Assembly: GCF_009914755.1 (NCBI RefSeq)
Contig: NC_060928.1
DNA length: 64,000 nucleotides
Direction: 5' to 3' (one strand)
From: the human T2T-CHM13v2.0 reference genome, Homo sapiens
Below the pieces are notes generated by a model. That model did not search any database. It was not told where the DNA came from and saw nothing but the letters and a program-made list of their open reading frames with translations. Each line of letters opens with the position of its first letter. Position 1 is the first letter of the stretch. A program made the position numbers and the translations under genes. Positions 1 through 14,579 of the stretch are shown here, one piece after another.

Positions 1-1087
1 ATATTGAGAGCACTTCCAAGAATTAAGTCAAGATTGTTCAGTGGCCTCTGTCAAGGACACTTCAAAAAGGGTATAAATGTGTATGTCCCACATTTGCCTT
101 TACTGTTTCATTTGAGTATATAAAAAAGCTGATGACCACACACATATTTTTAAAACATGGTCTTCTTTCCTTTGGGAAATATTTTAAAACCAAATACTCT
201 TCATCTTTTCAAATGCAAATATAGCTTCCCAGGACTTTTACATAACATAAAACACTCATAAAAATATTTTACACACATAAAAACATTTTATGAGTATTTG
301 CGAGGAGTTCCCTTAAACTCAAGACATATAAAAATGATTCCTCTTTACTTTGATAAAGGATCTTTGATTTATTCAAAAGTCCACCAAGTATAGGAAGACA
401 TGTAAGCAAATCACATTTATAGTTAGAATGACATGTTGAAACGCAGCTGTGAACTAGTAGATCAGGTAAGCCTACTGTTTAGGATGTTCAGGGTATAATA
501 AGTTTTTATATATTTTTGTTACTTGAAAGTCAAAATACTGAAGATTATACAGGCAAATGTTGTACTTATCTGGTTTTTATTTTGATGCTTACTTATTTTT
601 TTAATTTAATAAAGTATATTATTTTATCCAGGAAGGAAATGCCAAGTTTTTCTTCACAGGAAAGTTTATAGAAAAATATTTGCAAATATATCTTTAAATA
701 TGTGTATATCTCTAAATATACACATCAATAACAACCAAAAATATATATATCTCATTCAAGATGGTTCACTGATCCCAATAATGCTTAAATTTATACTTAA
801 ACTTAAATGTTTGCATTTGTATTTCCTAAACCTGCTTAGCACTATATGTTAGATAACCAATTGCTATTCGCAGTGTTCATATAATATGTTATATCTATTC
901 AGATTATACCCTTGTATATGTGCAAAATTATTTTTAAAGGACATATATAAAATCTGAAAAACCATTTATTAATTTAAACATTTTTTAAACTTTCTATTAT
1001 TTTTCTTATAAAAGTGTCATAAGAATATCTGGCATCCTCTTGGTAAGAGAATAGATATAGTTAATGAAAGCACAGTGCTGAGACTAT

Positions 1088-1298
1088 TTTTCAGCTTTAT
1101 GGAAATATAATTGACATAAATTTTGTATACTTCAAGTGTACCATATGATGATTTGATTGCATATGCAATGTAAAATGATTATCAAGATCAAGTGAGTTAA
1201 CATACCCACATCACTTTCCATTGTTACAATTTTTTGGACATGTGATGAGATCTACTCTTAGCAAATTTCAAGTATGCAAGAGTATTACTCACTATAAT
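1088..1298 (-). mobile_element. L1MA-type LINE-1 3' end fragment
   Basis: cagctttatggaaatataattgacataaa...atctactcttagcaaatttcaagtatgc matches an antisense L1MA 3'UTR end; similar ctgaga(c/t)t flanks. Confidence 0.75.
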
Positions 1299-3437
1299 CT
1301 GAGATTTTATTTAAATTGATAATTATCTGAAGCATGAGAATAAATTCACAATTCTATATTCAAAACTTGAACATACATTAAATAAATATGTAGCTACAAA
1401 CAATGTTTGAAAGAACATGGAGATATTCAACATCGAAAGGTTACCGTGATTTCATCTGAGTAAACCATTTAATAGGGAAAAAAACCTTAAGTTTCATTTC
1501 TCAGGTTTTTAGAGGTTAGAGGACATTTTGCTGTACTCTAAAGAGGGAAAGTTATGAAAGGAGCATTTTTATCCATTTTGTCAACCTTTTACTTACTCAT
1601 GTGCAAAGGAGAAGAAAGAAATTACTGAACTGATAAAACCGGAAAAGGGATTTAACTGTATTTGACTAAGGACTTTTCTCTTTTTTGTCTCCTTCTACTT
1701 TTCTTCATTAAGACACATGGATCAGGTCCCCAACCTAACTTCTGGAGGAATTCTGAGTGCCTAGGTAACTATCTACATAGACCAACACCCTATATTAAGA
1801 AAAATCCATGACAAAAGTTATGCAGAATATAAACTAGAAAAAGCAACTGGAAACCAGACCTACCTAAGTTTTACATACTATAAAACTGTAGATAGTATTC
1901 CCAAGTCTATCGAAATTCTCCTCAGTGATGAATAAAATCACAAAAATTGCTGTGCAGAGAGATATGATAATGGATAGGAAGGATATGAGGGTGAGGAGAA
2001 CCAATATTTATTAAGCATCCACTGTGCTTCAGGAAAAACATCACGTACACTTTTCCCACTTCTAAATCCTCAGATCCTAGAATTTTGTCTGGAATATATT
2101 AGGAACTCAATTATTGTCAAATGAGTGAATGAAAAATAATAAATATATTGCTTTCTTCCAGAATTATTGCAATAATTTCTTATTAATTCCCTCCTTGCAT
2201 TCTGCACATGTCTACCAGAATGTTGCAGTAAAGAGCTGGGGCTAAGAATGGAAATTATTTTGAAATAAATACAATTCTAAGGGTTATGAAATAAAGAATA
2301 TGGATGTTCCAAATCCCTGTAGTTACAGCCTGTCACAAAGAGTTACAAATGGGTTTTCAAATATTAAGCCTAATTCGCTCACTTAGTTTTAATTATGTGA
2401 GGGTTTACAGAGTAAGAATGCAGTTGTCTAGCTTTTCAAGGGAACTAAAAACAGAAAAAAAAAAGAATGGCATGCACTAAACTGTGATTCATTGCATATA
2501 TAATCGTCTGAAACTGCAACTTAGAAAGTTACACAGTTTTAACGTGTAAGTAATGCAGAGATTAATGATATAACATTATTGCTTTGACAGCTAAACAGAT
2601 AACTCTAGATAAATTTCCACTGACATATCTGAATACTGTATAAATAAACTGAATGACCTTTATATATGTAGTTGACTGTAGAGAAGGGAGCTAGCTTAAT
2701 ATATGTAACACCAAGAGTACTAGATAGCTGAAGCTTAATATCAAAAAGAAAATCAATATACATTATGAAATATTTAAAACATAACATTTTTAGCATTACA
2801 AAAACAACATAATACAGGCTATACCCTGCAATGTTACATAACTCAGACTAGAGCAGTACTTAATATAAGAAAATCTAGGACAAGTAAAAATAGATACCTA
2901 TGTTCTAATAGAATATTGAAGTATATACTAAGGGTAGATATTCAAAGAGTTGTAAAAAATTCTGCTTTAATAAGTAATCACATTTTTGTGTTTAAAGTTT
3001 AAACTGTGCTTCTGGAACACTGAAATGCTCCAGTTCTAATATCATTGAGCAACAATTCAATATAATGAATTCCAGCTTTTTAAACAACATTTCCAATTTT
3101 AATTGAGTTTTGATAAATAGCAATAATTGCATGAGGCTTAGTAAGAAAAGTTACCATAAAATAATCTTTTAAGGCTTTGTTTAAATAAATAGTTCATGGG
3201 CATTATTTCCTAGATTAATTCAACTTGAATTAGTCTATTAGGAGATCACATTGAGGTTTAGATATATTGATTTTTGCCATTTTATGTTGTAAAATTTAAT
3301 AGGTCAAAGAAATGATTTCTGGGAAGACATAATCATAAATTGGTGAGATTCACAAAATAAGGTTATTATCCCCAGTGAAATATGACTTGAGATAAAAAAT
3401 ATAAAAATTATTTTAGTTACAACAAGTAGATTATAGA

Positions 3438-3520
3438 TGCATGTGTATATGTGGGTGTATATATATATGTATATACACACACACACACATACATATACAC
3501 ATACATGCATATAATGTATA
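3438..3520. repeat. (TA)n/(CA)n/(TG)n compound microsatellite
   Basis: atatatatgtatatacacacacacacacatacatatac seen directly. Confidence 0.85.
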
Positions 3521-4281
3521 TTTATCCAGCATATACCTAAAGAGGAGATCAGGGATCGTATCTTGAAATTTTAGAAAATATTGCCGTTTTCTGAAGGCTT
3601 TTCTGAGCAGTGATTTTTAAAGGGCCTATGGTTCACCCTGTCTTTGGTAGAAATGTAAACGTAAAATCTTATTTATAATTTAGTAGCAACAATTACTCAC
3701 AGGTTTAATTATATAACTAAAGTGCCAGAGTTTATTTGAAGATTGTTACTTTTTGAAACTGATGTATTTATAGGAAAGCAACTGAAATTAGAACAGATGG
3801 AGTTATAATTTTAAAATAGCATAAAGAATTACTGAAAATAATTTACAGTATTATTCTATCTCTTGTTGGATCCATTCTAAATATCTTTTCTTTTGAAGCT
3901 TTCTACAATATTTTATTTTATTTCACAACCTCTTCATAAACTTTACAACCTTAACAATTTTTTAAAAATCTTTTTCATACTAATGCCCATATTATTATAC
4001 TCTCAAATTTAATAAGTTAATAAGCTAGTCATTTAATAATCTAGTCATTACCAAGTAACAAATTCAAAATAGTTCTCTATTACTTATATAATCTTGACAT
4101 TAAGAAATTGAAAGAGGGATGCATCTCAGAATGCCTATAAGAACATATTAGTTTATTTTAAAACAAAAAAATGAATATTCAAAATTTGCAAAAGAAGTAA
4201 ATAGACTCAACAACTGGTTTGTTTTTATCCTGGAAAAATGTATTTTAAGACTTGGTTCCAAGCATTCAAGTCTCAGTCAAC

Positions 4282-4378
4282 TTAAACACGATAAACTTTA
4301 ACTTTTAAATAAGATAAACTGGAATGATATGTTTTCACATCATTGTGAATCTCTTCTGAATGTACTAGATTTATATTT
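4282..4378 (-). pseudogene. Candidate terminal coding exon (NINLVHSEEIHNDVKTYHSSLSYLKVKVYRV*)
   Basis: Acceptor gtgtgtc(t)nattattcag| then open frame to TAA; AATAAA ~125 nt downstream. Confidence 0.4.
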
Positions 4379-4502
4379 CTGAATAATAAAAAAAGACACA
4401 CAACCCGTAGGATTGTGTGAATGTCTCTAAATATTATGAACATTTTCAACATGAACATGAACAGAATTATTGTTTCATTTAGTAGCGAGATGAATGACAA
4501 GC

Positions 4503-5000
<498 letters not shown>

Positions 5001-5059
5001 TAAAGGACTGAAATATTGGCCTAAAAATGCCGGGCTAAAAACAAACAAACAAAAAAACA

Positions 5060-7590
5060 GAAAAGCAAATCTGTGGGAACTTAAGCAGAAAATAATAAGA
5101 GCAAATATTAACAGAATGGATGTCAAATAAATAGAACCAAGATTATGAAAATATGTTCCTTACAAAAGCATAATTAATAGGCAAATCTCCGGAAACATAA
5201 ACGAAAAGAGATAAAAGACGTAGTAAAAGATTTGTTAAGAAAAATTGTGATACTGCCATAAATACAGCAGAGAAGAGATTTTAAACACTATAAATAGAGG
5301 CTGTGGAAAAAATTTCCAAGAAATTTAGATACAATGTGTCATTTTGAGTAAATATATGTAAAAATAACACTGTAAAGTTAAAAATAAAATTGACAAAGTT
5401 GAGTTAATATCAAAATTACTGTTTGCCCTACCTTTTGCCAAAATAGATAGTAGTCCCAAAAGATAAACTGTTGAGTGCTGAACTTTATGAAACATATCTC
5501 TATTATTAACAAGCAGGAAGCATTTTATTGAACAAAAATAAAGGAAATGGTACTTAACTAGTATTATAGGTCTAGTAAAAACTGGCCAAGAACAATTCAA
5601 GAAAAAATTAAACTGACTTCACTTACAGAGATTGATGCAAATTCATCACAAATAAATATATCAAATTCAGTATAGGGGAAACAGCATTTTCATAAAGTGG
5701 TTCATCTTTAAAAAGCAAGGATATCTTAATATCAAAAAAATTATTAATAAAATATATCTTACCAGATTGAAGAAGGTAAAACACATGTTCACTTCAGTAG
5801 ATGCAGAGAAAGAATTTTATAACATTTAAGCTCTATTCTCAACAAAAACAATTTCTTAGCCAGTTAGCAATAAAAGGAAATGTTCTTAACTCAATAATGG
5901 ATATCTTCGGGTGGCTTATGATTTAATATTATTTAAAATATGAGTTTTTAGAAGTATTCACATTGAAATCCTGAGTAAGTCAAAAATTATCTCTGTCACC
6001 ATTTATATTAAACTTCTTATTTGAAGGAACAGATGAAATAGATTGAGAAGAAGCAAAAACTGGAAATAAGGAGCAAATATAAAAACTGCCATGAAGTGCA
6101 GCTTATATGAATTTCTACATTAAAAGACCAGACACATTCTAAAAGCTAAGTTGGAGGTTTAAAGAATAGAAAATATTTTTAAAAATAAAAAAGGGTTTAT
6201 TATAAATCAGTATTAATGACAATCATAAATTGGCTTGTTATTTACATTAAAAACCAATGAAGAGAGAAACTGGAATCTTGTACAGAAACATTGGGAGAAT
6301 GGTAAATGGTTATAACCACCCTATAAAAATATTTGACAGTGTATCTCACAAGTTGGACCTAGTAATCCTGGATATATCCCCATTGAAAATGTGGATTCAC
6401 AAAAAAAGACATGCACATGACTGTTCATGTCAGTACTATCCATTAAAGCCAAAAACAGTAAACAACTCAAATATAAGATATTTAATACATGATGGTGGGA
6501 TACTTAAACGTTCATCTAAAAGAAAAATAGAAAAGAAAATGAAAGAAAAATAGGTAAGAAAATGAAAGAAAAATAGAATTGTCCCTAAGACTGTACATAA
6601 AATCAATTCCTGGCAAATTAAAGGTTTAAATTTCAAATTAAAAAAAGAAAGAATTAAAAATCTTGTTCAAAATAAAAAGAGTGAATATCTGATTGATTAA
6701 AGAATGAAAGCATTTCTTTAAAAAGATATTGCCTATGAAGGTAAAGATGTATAAATTAGACTATGTTAAATTAGCTCTGTGTGTTCAAGTAGACACACCA
6801 TAAAATTTAAAGTTAGTCTCAGACTAGGATAAAGTATTTGCAGAGATTAAATTAATATTATTGAGACTATGAAAAGCATTCCTGTTTATGAATAAGAAAG
6901 ATATACAATCTATTAGAACATTATCTGTAAGTTTGGGGAACAAATGTGGAGAAAGGAAATTTACATATGCTATTGCTAAAAGTTTGATTTGGCACAACTA
7001 TTTTGTATTGTTATTTTAACAATAGCTATCAAAATTAATAGCTGAGATTTACTATCACCTGGCTATTCTAATTCTGTATATACTAGATAAACCCCTGTGC
7101 ATATGTTAGGCAAATTTGGAAGAAAATATACAAATTTGTGATAGTCATATAATTTACTACTAAACAGCAAATTGAGTAAATAAATCAGAGGTGTATGTAG
7201 CAATGAGGCTAAATGAAATGACATTGTGTGAAAAATCAAGTTGCCAATAATTTGTATGATATTTTGATATTTATATAAAATTTGAAAATATGCAACCAAG
7301 GCAATATTTTTCTTCTTGGTATACACCCATATATCAAAGAAGAACAACATGAAATTATTAATATTAGTTACTTCTGAAAATGCAGAGGTCAGTGTGATGG
7401 AATGAAGTAGGTGAAGGGTTAGTGAAAGGTACTCTGGAAATTCAGCTACCTCCAACCTTCATTTATTTAGAAATATGAAAACATGTAGAAATGTAAAATG
7501 TGAAAATGTAATGGAAATGTGGTAGGAGATACATGTTTTACATGAAATCTTTATATTTTTCTGTAAGCTTGTTTCATAAATTTTTAAAAA
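5060..7590 (+). mobile_element. Old L1M (L1ME/MC-like) ORF2 and 3' remnants
   Basis: A-rich, with degenerate L1 ORF2 motifs (cagtagatgcagagaaag, gatgcaaa, atgcacatgactgttcat). Confidence 0.7.
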
Positions 7591-7904
7591 GAAGTGATTA
7601 TTCTATTAACAAATCAAACAATTATTTGACTAGGGCTAGAGGAGCATAAAAAAATATGTTAACTAAAAACCATCACAGAGGAAATAACTACAATGCAATT
7701 ATAGCTAATATTTCTATCATTCTAATTTCAGTTGAGAGAAAGAATAAATTCTCTTTCTGTTTTAAAAGGGAAAATTTACTAGTGGGAATCAGTTAATTGC
7801 AAAATTCACAGAAAGGGCTGAAAAAACAGAATCTAGGCTTGATTCTGAAATTACCAAAAGGTTATTTGTTATTTGTCTTTCATAACCATGAATGTGGCAG
7901 TATG

Positions 7905-7938
7905 ACGTCAGAGAAACAGACTCAACAGGATAGGCAGG

Positions 7939-7974
<36 letters not shown>

Positions 7975-8407
7975 TAGATGATAGATTTATTATAAAATCT
8001 TATGGAGGTTGAGCAGCCCCAATACAACATATGTACTCAGCAAGCTGTAGAATCAGGAGAGCTGATAGTATAAGTTTCAATCCAAAAGCCAGCACACTTG
8101 ACATCCAAAGAGAGCTAATGTTTCTGTTTGAGTGTGAAAGCAGGAAAAGACCAATATTTCAACTCAGGCACTCAGGCAGATGTTTCCTCTTATAGACAGA
8201 GGGTCAGTCTTTTTGTTCTGTTTAGGTTTTCAACTGAGTGGTTGAGGCCTACCCATAATTGAGAGGACTATACGCTTTACTCAGTCTACCAAGTCAAATG
8301 TTCATCTCATCCCATAACACCCTCATAGACATACCCAGAAAGTGTTTGACCAAATAATCTGGGCACCTGTGGCCCAGCCAAGTTGACACATAAAATTGTC
8401 TAGCACA
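7905..8407 (-). mobile_element. MLT2 (ERVL) LTR with internal (GATA/GACA)n
   Basis: ends ccagccaagttgacacataaaatt, the antisense MLT2 5' end; gagaaacaga...gatagatagacagac. Confidence 0.8.
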
Positions 8408-8814
8408 GTGGGGAACCAGGAAGGTGCTGTTAAAACACTTAAATTCAATAATGTTAAAATTGCTGAAATTGGAAGATTGAATAGCAGCTACCAATAAAAC
8501 TGCCTCTTAAAACCCATGCTATTTAAAAATTATACACATCTATCTATTCAGACATAAACTTCCACATTAAAACCAATTGCAACAAGCCATCTACTAATTT
8601 AATGCAATTATTTTCATAAAAGTAAAAACACATTTTTTTTCCTCAAAAGTTTCAACTACCTGAAAAGGAAAGATCAAATATTTCCTTTGTCATTATCTGT
8701 ATCTCTGGATAATGCTTATTTATTTTCTAGTTCACTCATAGTCTCACCTTAATGTCCTATGCTTCATCTCTGTTTGGAATCTTTACATAATGGGGTGACT
8801 CACTCAGAATTTTT

Positions 8815-9630
8815 TTTATGTCAGTCTCATTTAAGAATGTTATTGATGAAGTTAATACAATGTATTAATTTTATTAAATATTTGTTCTTGGATACACATC
8901 ATTTATTATTCTGTGTGATAAAATGGGCAGATTGCATAAAACAGTTCTGCTGAATACTAAAATATAATGTTCATCTGACATAAAATAATTTGTAATGGAT
9001 TGAATTACAAGCTGAATTATCTACTTTTTTCACAGAATGAAAAGTTTTACTTGAAAGAACGACCAACCAAATATAGCTATTCATACTCTAAATTATTTGT
9101 CAGATGTATGATTTAAAAAATGAACAAAGTTAACATGTAACCTCAAGGACAAAAACTGACAGCAATTTTTGTTAATGATAAAATTTCAGTTTTTAAGTGA
9201 AAATTAAAATTTTGCAAAATGTGGAACCACCATTGTGAAGGTGATGTCCTCTAACACTAATATCTCTTCTGATGAGAATGTTGTGAAATTAAACAATGTG
9301 ATTTTTAAATTGTTATATTGAGATATGTGAAATGTGGAAGTTCTGCACTACTCAGTGAACTGATATTTTCCAAATTGGTAAAATAAGTATCCAAAATTCA
9401 AGGTTTACCAATAGATATTAAGGTAGTGGTGTATAAACCAATTATTGGTATGATTTCAGTTAGTTTCCTTGATTGCAAATAACGTTTAAGAGACTACCAC
9501 GCATTGAGTTTGAGAATAGTACCTGAGAAGATATCTATAATTATCTGAAAATATTATTAAAATCCTTCCTCTTTTGTGAACACATGTCTCTGTGAGACTG
9601 TTTTTGTCTTCATATATTTCAATCATTAAA
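8815..9630 (+). mobile_element. Charlie1-like hAT DNA transposon remnant
   Basis: ctgtgtgataaaatggg...gaattacaagctgaatta...cttgaaagaacgac transposase-derived motifs. Confidence 0.65.
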
Positions 9631-9676
9631 TTAGATGGCAATATATAGATATATTGATGTATATGGCAAAATATAT

Positions 9677-9679
<3 letters not shown>

Positions 9680-9726
<47 letters not shown>
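9680..9726. repeat. (TA)n microsatellite
   Basis: Long perfect TA run. Confidence 0.95.
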
Positions 9727-9728
<2 letters not shown>

Positions 9729-9729
9729 A

Positions 9730-10130
9730 ACTGAAAAGTAGTGGCTTAAACAAGTTAGAAGTTAATTTCTCTTTCATTAAAAATTGGTTATGTAGACAAT
9801 TGAGAGAATTATATAACAGCCCCACAATTGTTAAAGACTGCATGTACCAGGCCAAGCTTATGGTATAGAACTCATCATCACTATGCCCCAATGTGGAATT
9901 CCAGCTGTTATATTCCTGTTCCAAGCATCAGCTTGAAGAAATAAAGGAAAAAACAGCAAAGCACACATACCAGCTATCTTTTAAGAAAGTCAGCTAAATG
10001 CTACTACAGGCCACTTGCACTTGTATCTCATTACAAGGATGTAGTTTCATGACCAGCCAAATCAAACTGCAAGGGTGTTTGGAGACTATAGATTTCATTC
10101 TGGATAGTCATATACTGACCCAAATATTCT
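9730..10130 (-). mobile_element. MLT1 (old MaLR) LTR
   Basis: agtggcttaaacaagttagaagttaatttctct...aaactgcaagggtgtttggagact. Confidence 0.55.
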
Positions 10131-10169
10131 GGAAGTTAGTGATGATATGAAGAAGGATTCAACTTGCAG

Positions 10170-10370
10170 GTTTAAGCCCTGGTTCTTCTCCTAACTGGCT
10201 GTATAACCTTTGTCACATTATTTAAGCTTTCTAAGCCTTAGTTTATTTATTTGTATAATGGGACTATTTACAGTACCTATCTCATAATGCCATTATTATG
10301 ATAATAATTTGAAAGAACTTAGAAAATTATGTAGCATATTTTATTCAGTGTACAACAAATGCTAAAATAA
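10170..10370 (+). mobile_element. MIR SINE
   Basis: ctgtataacctttg...tctaagccttagtttatttatttgtataatggg...gtacctatctcata. Confidence 0.75.
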
Positions 10371-10476
10371 ATACAATTACATATAAAAAACATGTTTTAA
10401 GAGTTTAAAATAGGCTGATATTCTAGGAGTGCTACAAGATGATTTAGATATATAAAACCTCTGTCATTCCTCATAC

Positions 10477-10521
10477 ATCGTTTTTCCTTATTGAAAAGTT
10501 GGTTAAAAACACATTTTAATG
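10477..10521 (-). pseudogene. Candidate exon (ALKCVFNQLFNKEKR; frame stays open to 10397)
   Basis: Long pyrimidine tract gcttttctctttctctctttcccaaaag|; possible donor |gtatga. Confidence 0.35.
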
Positions 10522-11816
10522 CTTTTGGGAAAGAGAGAAAGAGAAAAGCTCCAGCTATAATTTGACAGAGAAGGGATTGTAGGAAACAGACATAACTGAT
10601 ACAGAGTTTTTGTTGTGGGATTGTAAGGTATAAAAATAATTTGTTAATTCTCATAGAATATTCATTATAGTTTATTTTTATAATTCAAAATAAATCAAAC
10701 CATATTGAAAATCATCTCAGCCTAGTGGAATTAGTAGGGAATCAGCAATCTAGATCTTGGCATTCTATCTCCTTAAAATTTTGATTCATGACCTATGTTT
10801 GTGCTGAGCTATGAACATGAGGGGTTGATAGACAGATACAGAATACTGTGTGTTGAGGCCATCAGCAGATCCATCAGTAAGTTCCCTCTTCACAGACTAG
10901 CAGGTTATAGAGCTACAGGGTTAAACAGAATAAGCTAACATTGTTAAAGTTCAAAGATGAAAAAACAATCTTTTGGAAGGAGGTGAGCAAGATACACTTC
11001 ATGAAGAAACTCTAATTACAGTAGTACATTATGTATAGGATTTAGATAAAAGATACAAAAGCTTTATTCTGAAAAAATCAGAAAAGTATTATCAAAATCG
11101 TAAGAGTGGACATATTCAGAATTTGTCTCCAAAAAAATTGACTTGTGGAATGATTTGAAGTAATACGATACAGACATGAGCTTTTAAATTGTAGATGTCT
11201 TGTATGACAAACTAAGGATTTATATATGCCAATTACAGGTATCAGAATGCTGTTGTAATTTTATGAACAAGCAGGTTGCATGATGGAAGCCATATTTTCA
11301 GTGCATCATTCTAAAGCAGTATGAAGCAGGAAATGGAGGGTAAAGAAAGAAAGGCTATGGAGGCAAAGAATAACAAAGCCTGATGTGAAAATGGCCAAAA
11401 GTTAAAAGAATATAAATTTCACCTTAACTGGTACTAGCAGAAAAGGGTGGAGATTCTACCCCTTTGGAGTAAGAGTCTTTCTTGTCTTTTCAATGTTCTA
11501 ATGATATATTTGGTGGCAATATATCATTGGTTTTAAAAAGACTTTCGAGGTGATGCTATTATTTATTTATATTTAAAAAATTGTCAGCCCATTCCTCTGG
11601 ACAAGTAGGTCTAGAATGGACACCAGAAATCTGTACTATGACCAGATGATGTTTTTATACCAGCCATGTTTGGAAACTGCCTAATCAGATTAATGTGAAG
11701 TGTTCTTCCACCTCTTAAGTCTAATTTCTGATAAAATATTATGTCACTTTAACAAATCATAAATGGCAAAATACATTTTCATTTGTTTTAAAAAGTGCAT
11801 TCACTATGTCCTAAAG

Positions 11817-12165
11817 CAGGGGTCCCCAACCCCCAGGCTGCGAAACAGTAGCGGTCCGTGGCCTGTTAGGAACCGGGCCACACAATGGGACATGAGCAGT
11901 GGGCAAATGAGCTGAGCTCTGCCTACTGTCAGATTAGCAGAGCCATTAGATTTTCATAGGAGCAGGAACCCTATTGTGAACTGAGCATGCAAGGCAGGTA
12001 GGTTGCCCGCTCCTTATGAGAATCTAATGCCTGATGATGTGAAGTGGGACAGTTTCATCCCCAAACCACCCATCTGCTAACTCTCACCCGCCTCTGCTCC
12101 CCATTCGTGGGAAAATTGTCTTCCATGAAACTGGTCTCTGGTGCCAAAAAGGTTGGGAACCCCTG
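11817..12165 (+). mobile_element. MER1B (hAT-Charlie MITE)
   Basis: Terminal inverted repeats caggggtccccaacc ... ggttgggaacccctg; typical internal sequence. Confidence 0.9.
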
Positions 12166-14009
12166 GCCAGAAGGATAAATCTTTAAGTGCAATAATACCA
12201 AGATGTGGATCTTTGTAACTTGGCTCATAGATATATATCAACAAATAATTGTGATTTTAATTGCAATATCATAACATAAAATTTATTTACAGATAGTCCT
12301 AGGGGTACATCAGATAATCTCTCTGCCAGAGACTATTTCTACATAAAAATTATATAACTGAAAGATTTTCCCACACTGCTTACATTTAAATAACATTTTG
12401 ATTTGAGATTCAGCTTTTACTAAGAAAGCTAGTATTATTTATCTATTGTTTTTGCCTCAAAGTCTTTTCTATTTCTTGATTAGACTCACCTAACATATTA
12501 TGGTCTGCATGACAGTTTAATCTTGTCACTGTCTGTAATTAAGTTATAATTAGTTTAAAGATGAACTTTAGTGAATCTGTAAAACATTCTTATCTGATCG
12601 ACCTATTAATTTTGTCCTTTCTTAGGTCAAGTTGCCACTATTTATGATTAATTTTTGTGTAGGCTTAGTCTCACAAACTAAATGTACTATTCATAGGTTT
12701 GAATAATTTAATACTCAACAATGTGAAGATAGGTTAAACTGCATATAAATTTAGGAAGGACAATATTGCTTTTGAAACTAAACCTTGAAAAATTTGAAAC
12801 TTGAAAATATTGTAATCTTTAATGTGATACGAATAAACAGCCTTTATTCACTAATGACAGTTTTTAGACCCCAAAGATGCAAGAGCTGAACAGCAACTTC
12901 CTGAGGCTATTTTATCATTGTGTTTGGCAACATTATGACCATTGATATTCCGAGAGATAATGTGTCATCTGACAGGACACAGAACAGCAAGAACATTTAG
13001 TCTGATGTGTATCAGCAGGATGAATATAGTAATATTTTTATTGTGACCATGTCACCTACAATTTGCAAATGACTGTATAAGGAACTTTCCTATTTACTGC
13101 CTCCTGCAATAAACTAAAATGAAGAAAAATTTTAAAGCCTCACTGAAGTTTTATTTTAATATGTTAGTTAAAGAACAAGGAAATTATAGTGCAAAGATAA
13201 GACATGGAAATCAGCCTGGTAACATATTTTTAGGATATCCAACAGAGTGCAACAGAATGAGAAAACGTTGGATAAATGGAAATGTCTGCCGTTTTTGCTG
13301 AGATCACATGTATATATGGCTACAGAGAAGATACCACTGAGTTATCTTTCAATGTAAAATCTAAAATTGGTGATAACAAATGCTAAACACAAATTTCTTT
13401 ATGCAGATTAAAATATAACTAACAGAAAATAAAAACATCTCAATTTTTATTAACTATCAACCAAGTAATTTAATTTCATAAGGGTCAACAAAGCCAAAGA
13501 CTACAGGCATTACCTACTCTACATTCTATAATAATAAAGTTTTTAATATTCTCTTGATTCACTCCACCTACAAAGACAGTCTTCTGTGTTCTAACCTTAG
13601 TATGAACAAAATACTTAATTAGTCTATAAATGATACCAAACAAAGGAAAAGTGGTCACAACAAGTCCCTAAGTGTTTAATTATCACGTTGGCTGACTAAC
13701 TCAAGAAGACATGAAGTAACCTATTGAACTTAATTATACACTGACCTCATTTAAAGAACCATTTCTGTAAGCTGCTTGCTCAAGCTTATCCTAGTTTTAT
13801 GTCCTCACAAATTCTTTCTTGAAGAATTAGTCCTAAATAGTTTCATATAGTAACTATCATACTATTATCAGGCATTTCAACCATCTTATTGCTGAATAAT
13901 ACATTAATCAAAATGCAATAATGATTTGTAAAGAAGCACATTGCTTTCTTAAACTGTAATGTATATTAATTGAAAAGAAATACACCATTGGACCATTCAT
14001 AAGTGAATT

Positions 14010-14579
14010 ATTTTATTTTTGAGACAGGTTCTCACTCTCTCATTGTGATGGTTAATATTGAGTTTTAACTTGATTGGATTGAAGGATGCAAAGTACTGAT
14101 TCTGGGTGTGTCTGTGAGGGTTTTGCCAAAGGAGATCAACATTTGAGTCAGTGGACTGGGAAAAGCAAACCCACCCTTACTCTGGGTGGGCACAACCTAA
14201 TCAGCTGCCAGCATGTCCAGAATAAAAAGTAGGCAGAACATGAAAAAACTAGACAGGCCTAGCCTCCCAGCCTACATCTTTCTCCCATGCTGGATGCTTC
14301 CTGCCCTCACACATCGAACTCCAAGTTCTTCAGCTTTGGGACTCAGACTGGCTTCCTTGCTCCTCAGCTTGCAAATGGCCAATTGTGGGACCGTGTGATC
14401 GTGTGAGTTAATAATAAATATATTTAATTTATATATCTCCTATTAGTTCTGTCCCTCTAGAGAACCCTGATGAACAACTCATCCAGGGTGGAGTAGAGCT
14501 CACTGTAACCTTCTACTCTTGGGCTCAAGTGATCCTCCTGCCTCGGCCTCCCAAGTAGCTAGGACTACAGGTGCATGCC
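14010..14579 (-). mobile_element. Old Alu monomer/AluJ fragment split by an MLT2A LTR
   Basis: ttttgagacaggttctcactct|...|ccagggtggagt...gggctcaagtgatcctcctgcctcggcctccc. Confidence 0.8.
14044..14477 (+). mobile_element. MLT2A (HERV-L) solo LTR
   Basis: tgtgatggttaatattgag...ttctgtccctctagagaaccctga; 5-bp TSD ctcat at 14039-14043 and 14478-14482. Confidence 0.9.

Noticed and set aside
8410-8680. Strong minus-strand acceptor near 8660
   Set aside because: Appears to lie in old LTR-derived sequence, and the downstream frame is quickly closed.
12850-13115. Minus-strand acceptors with exon-like sequence
   Set aside because: No good donor, and stops in all frames.
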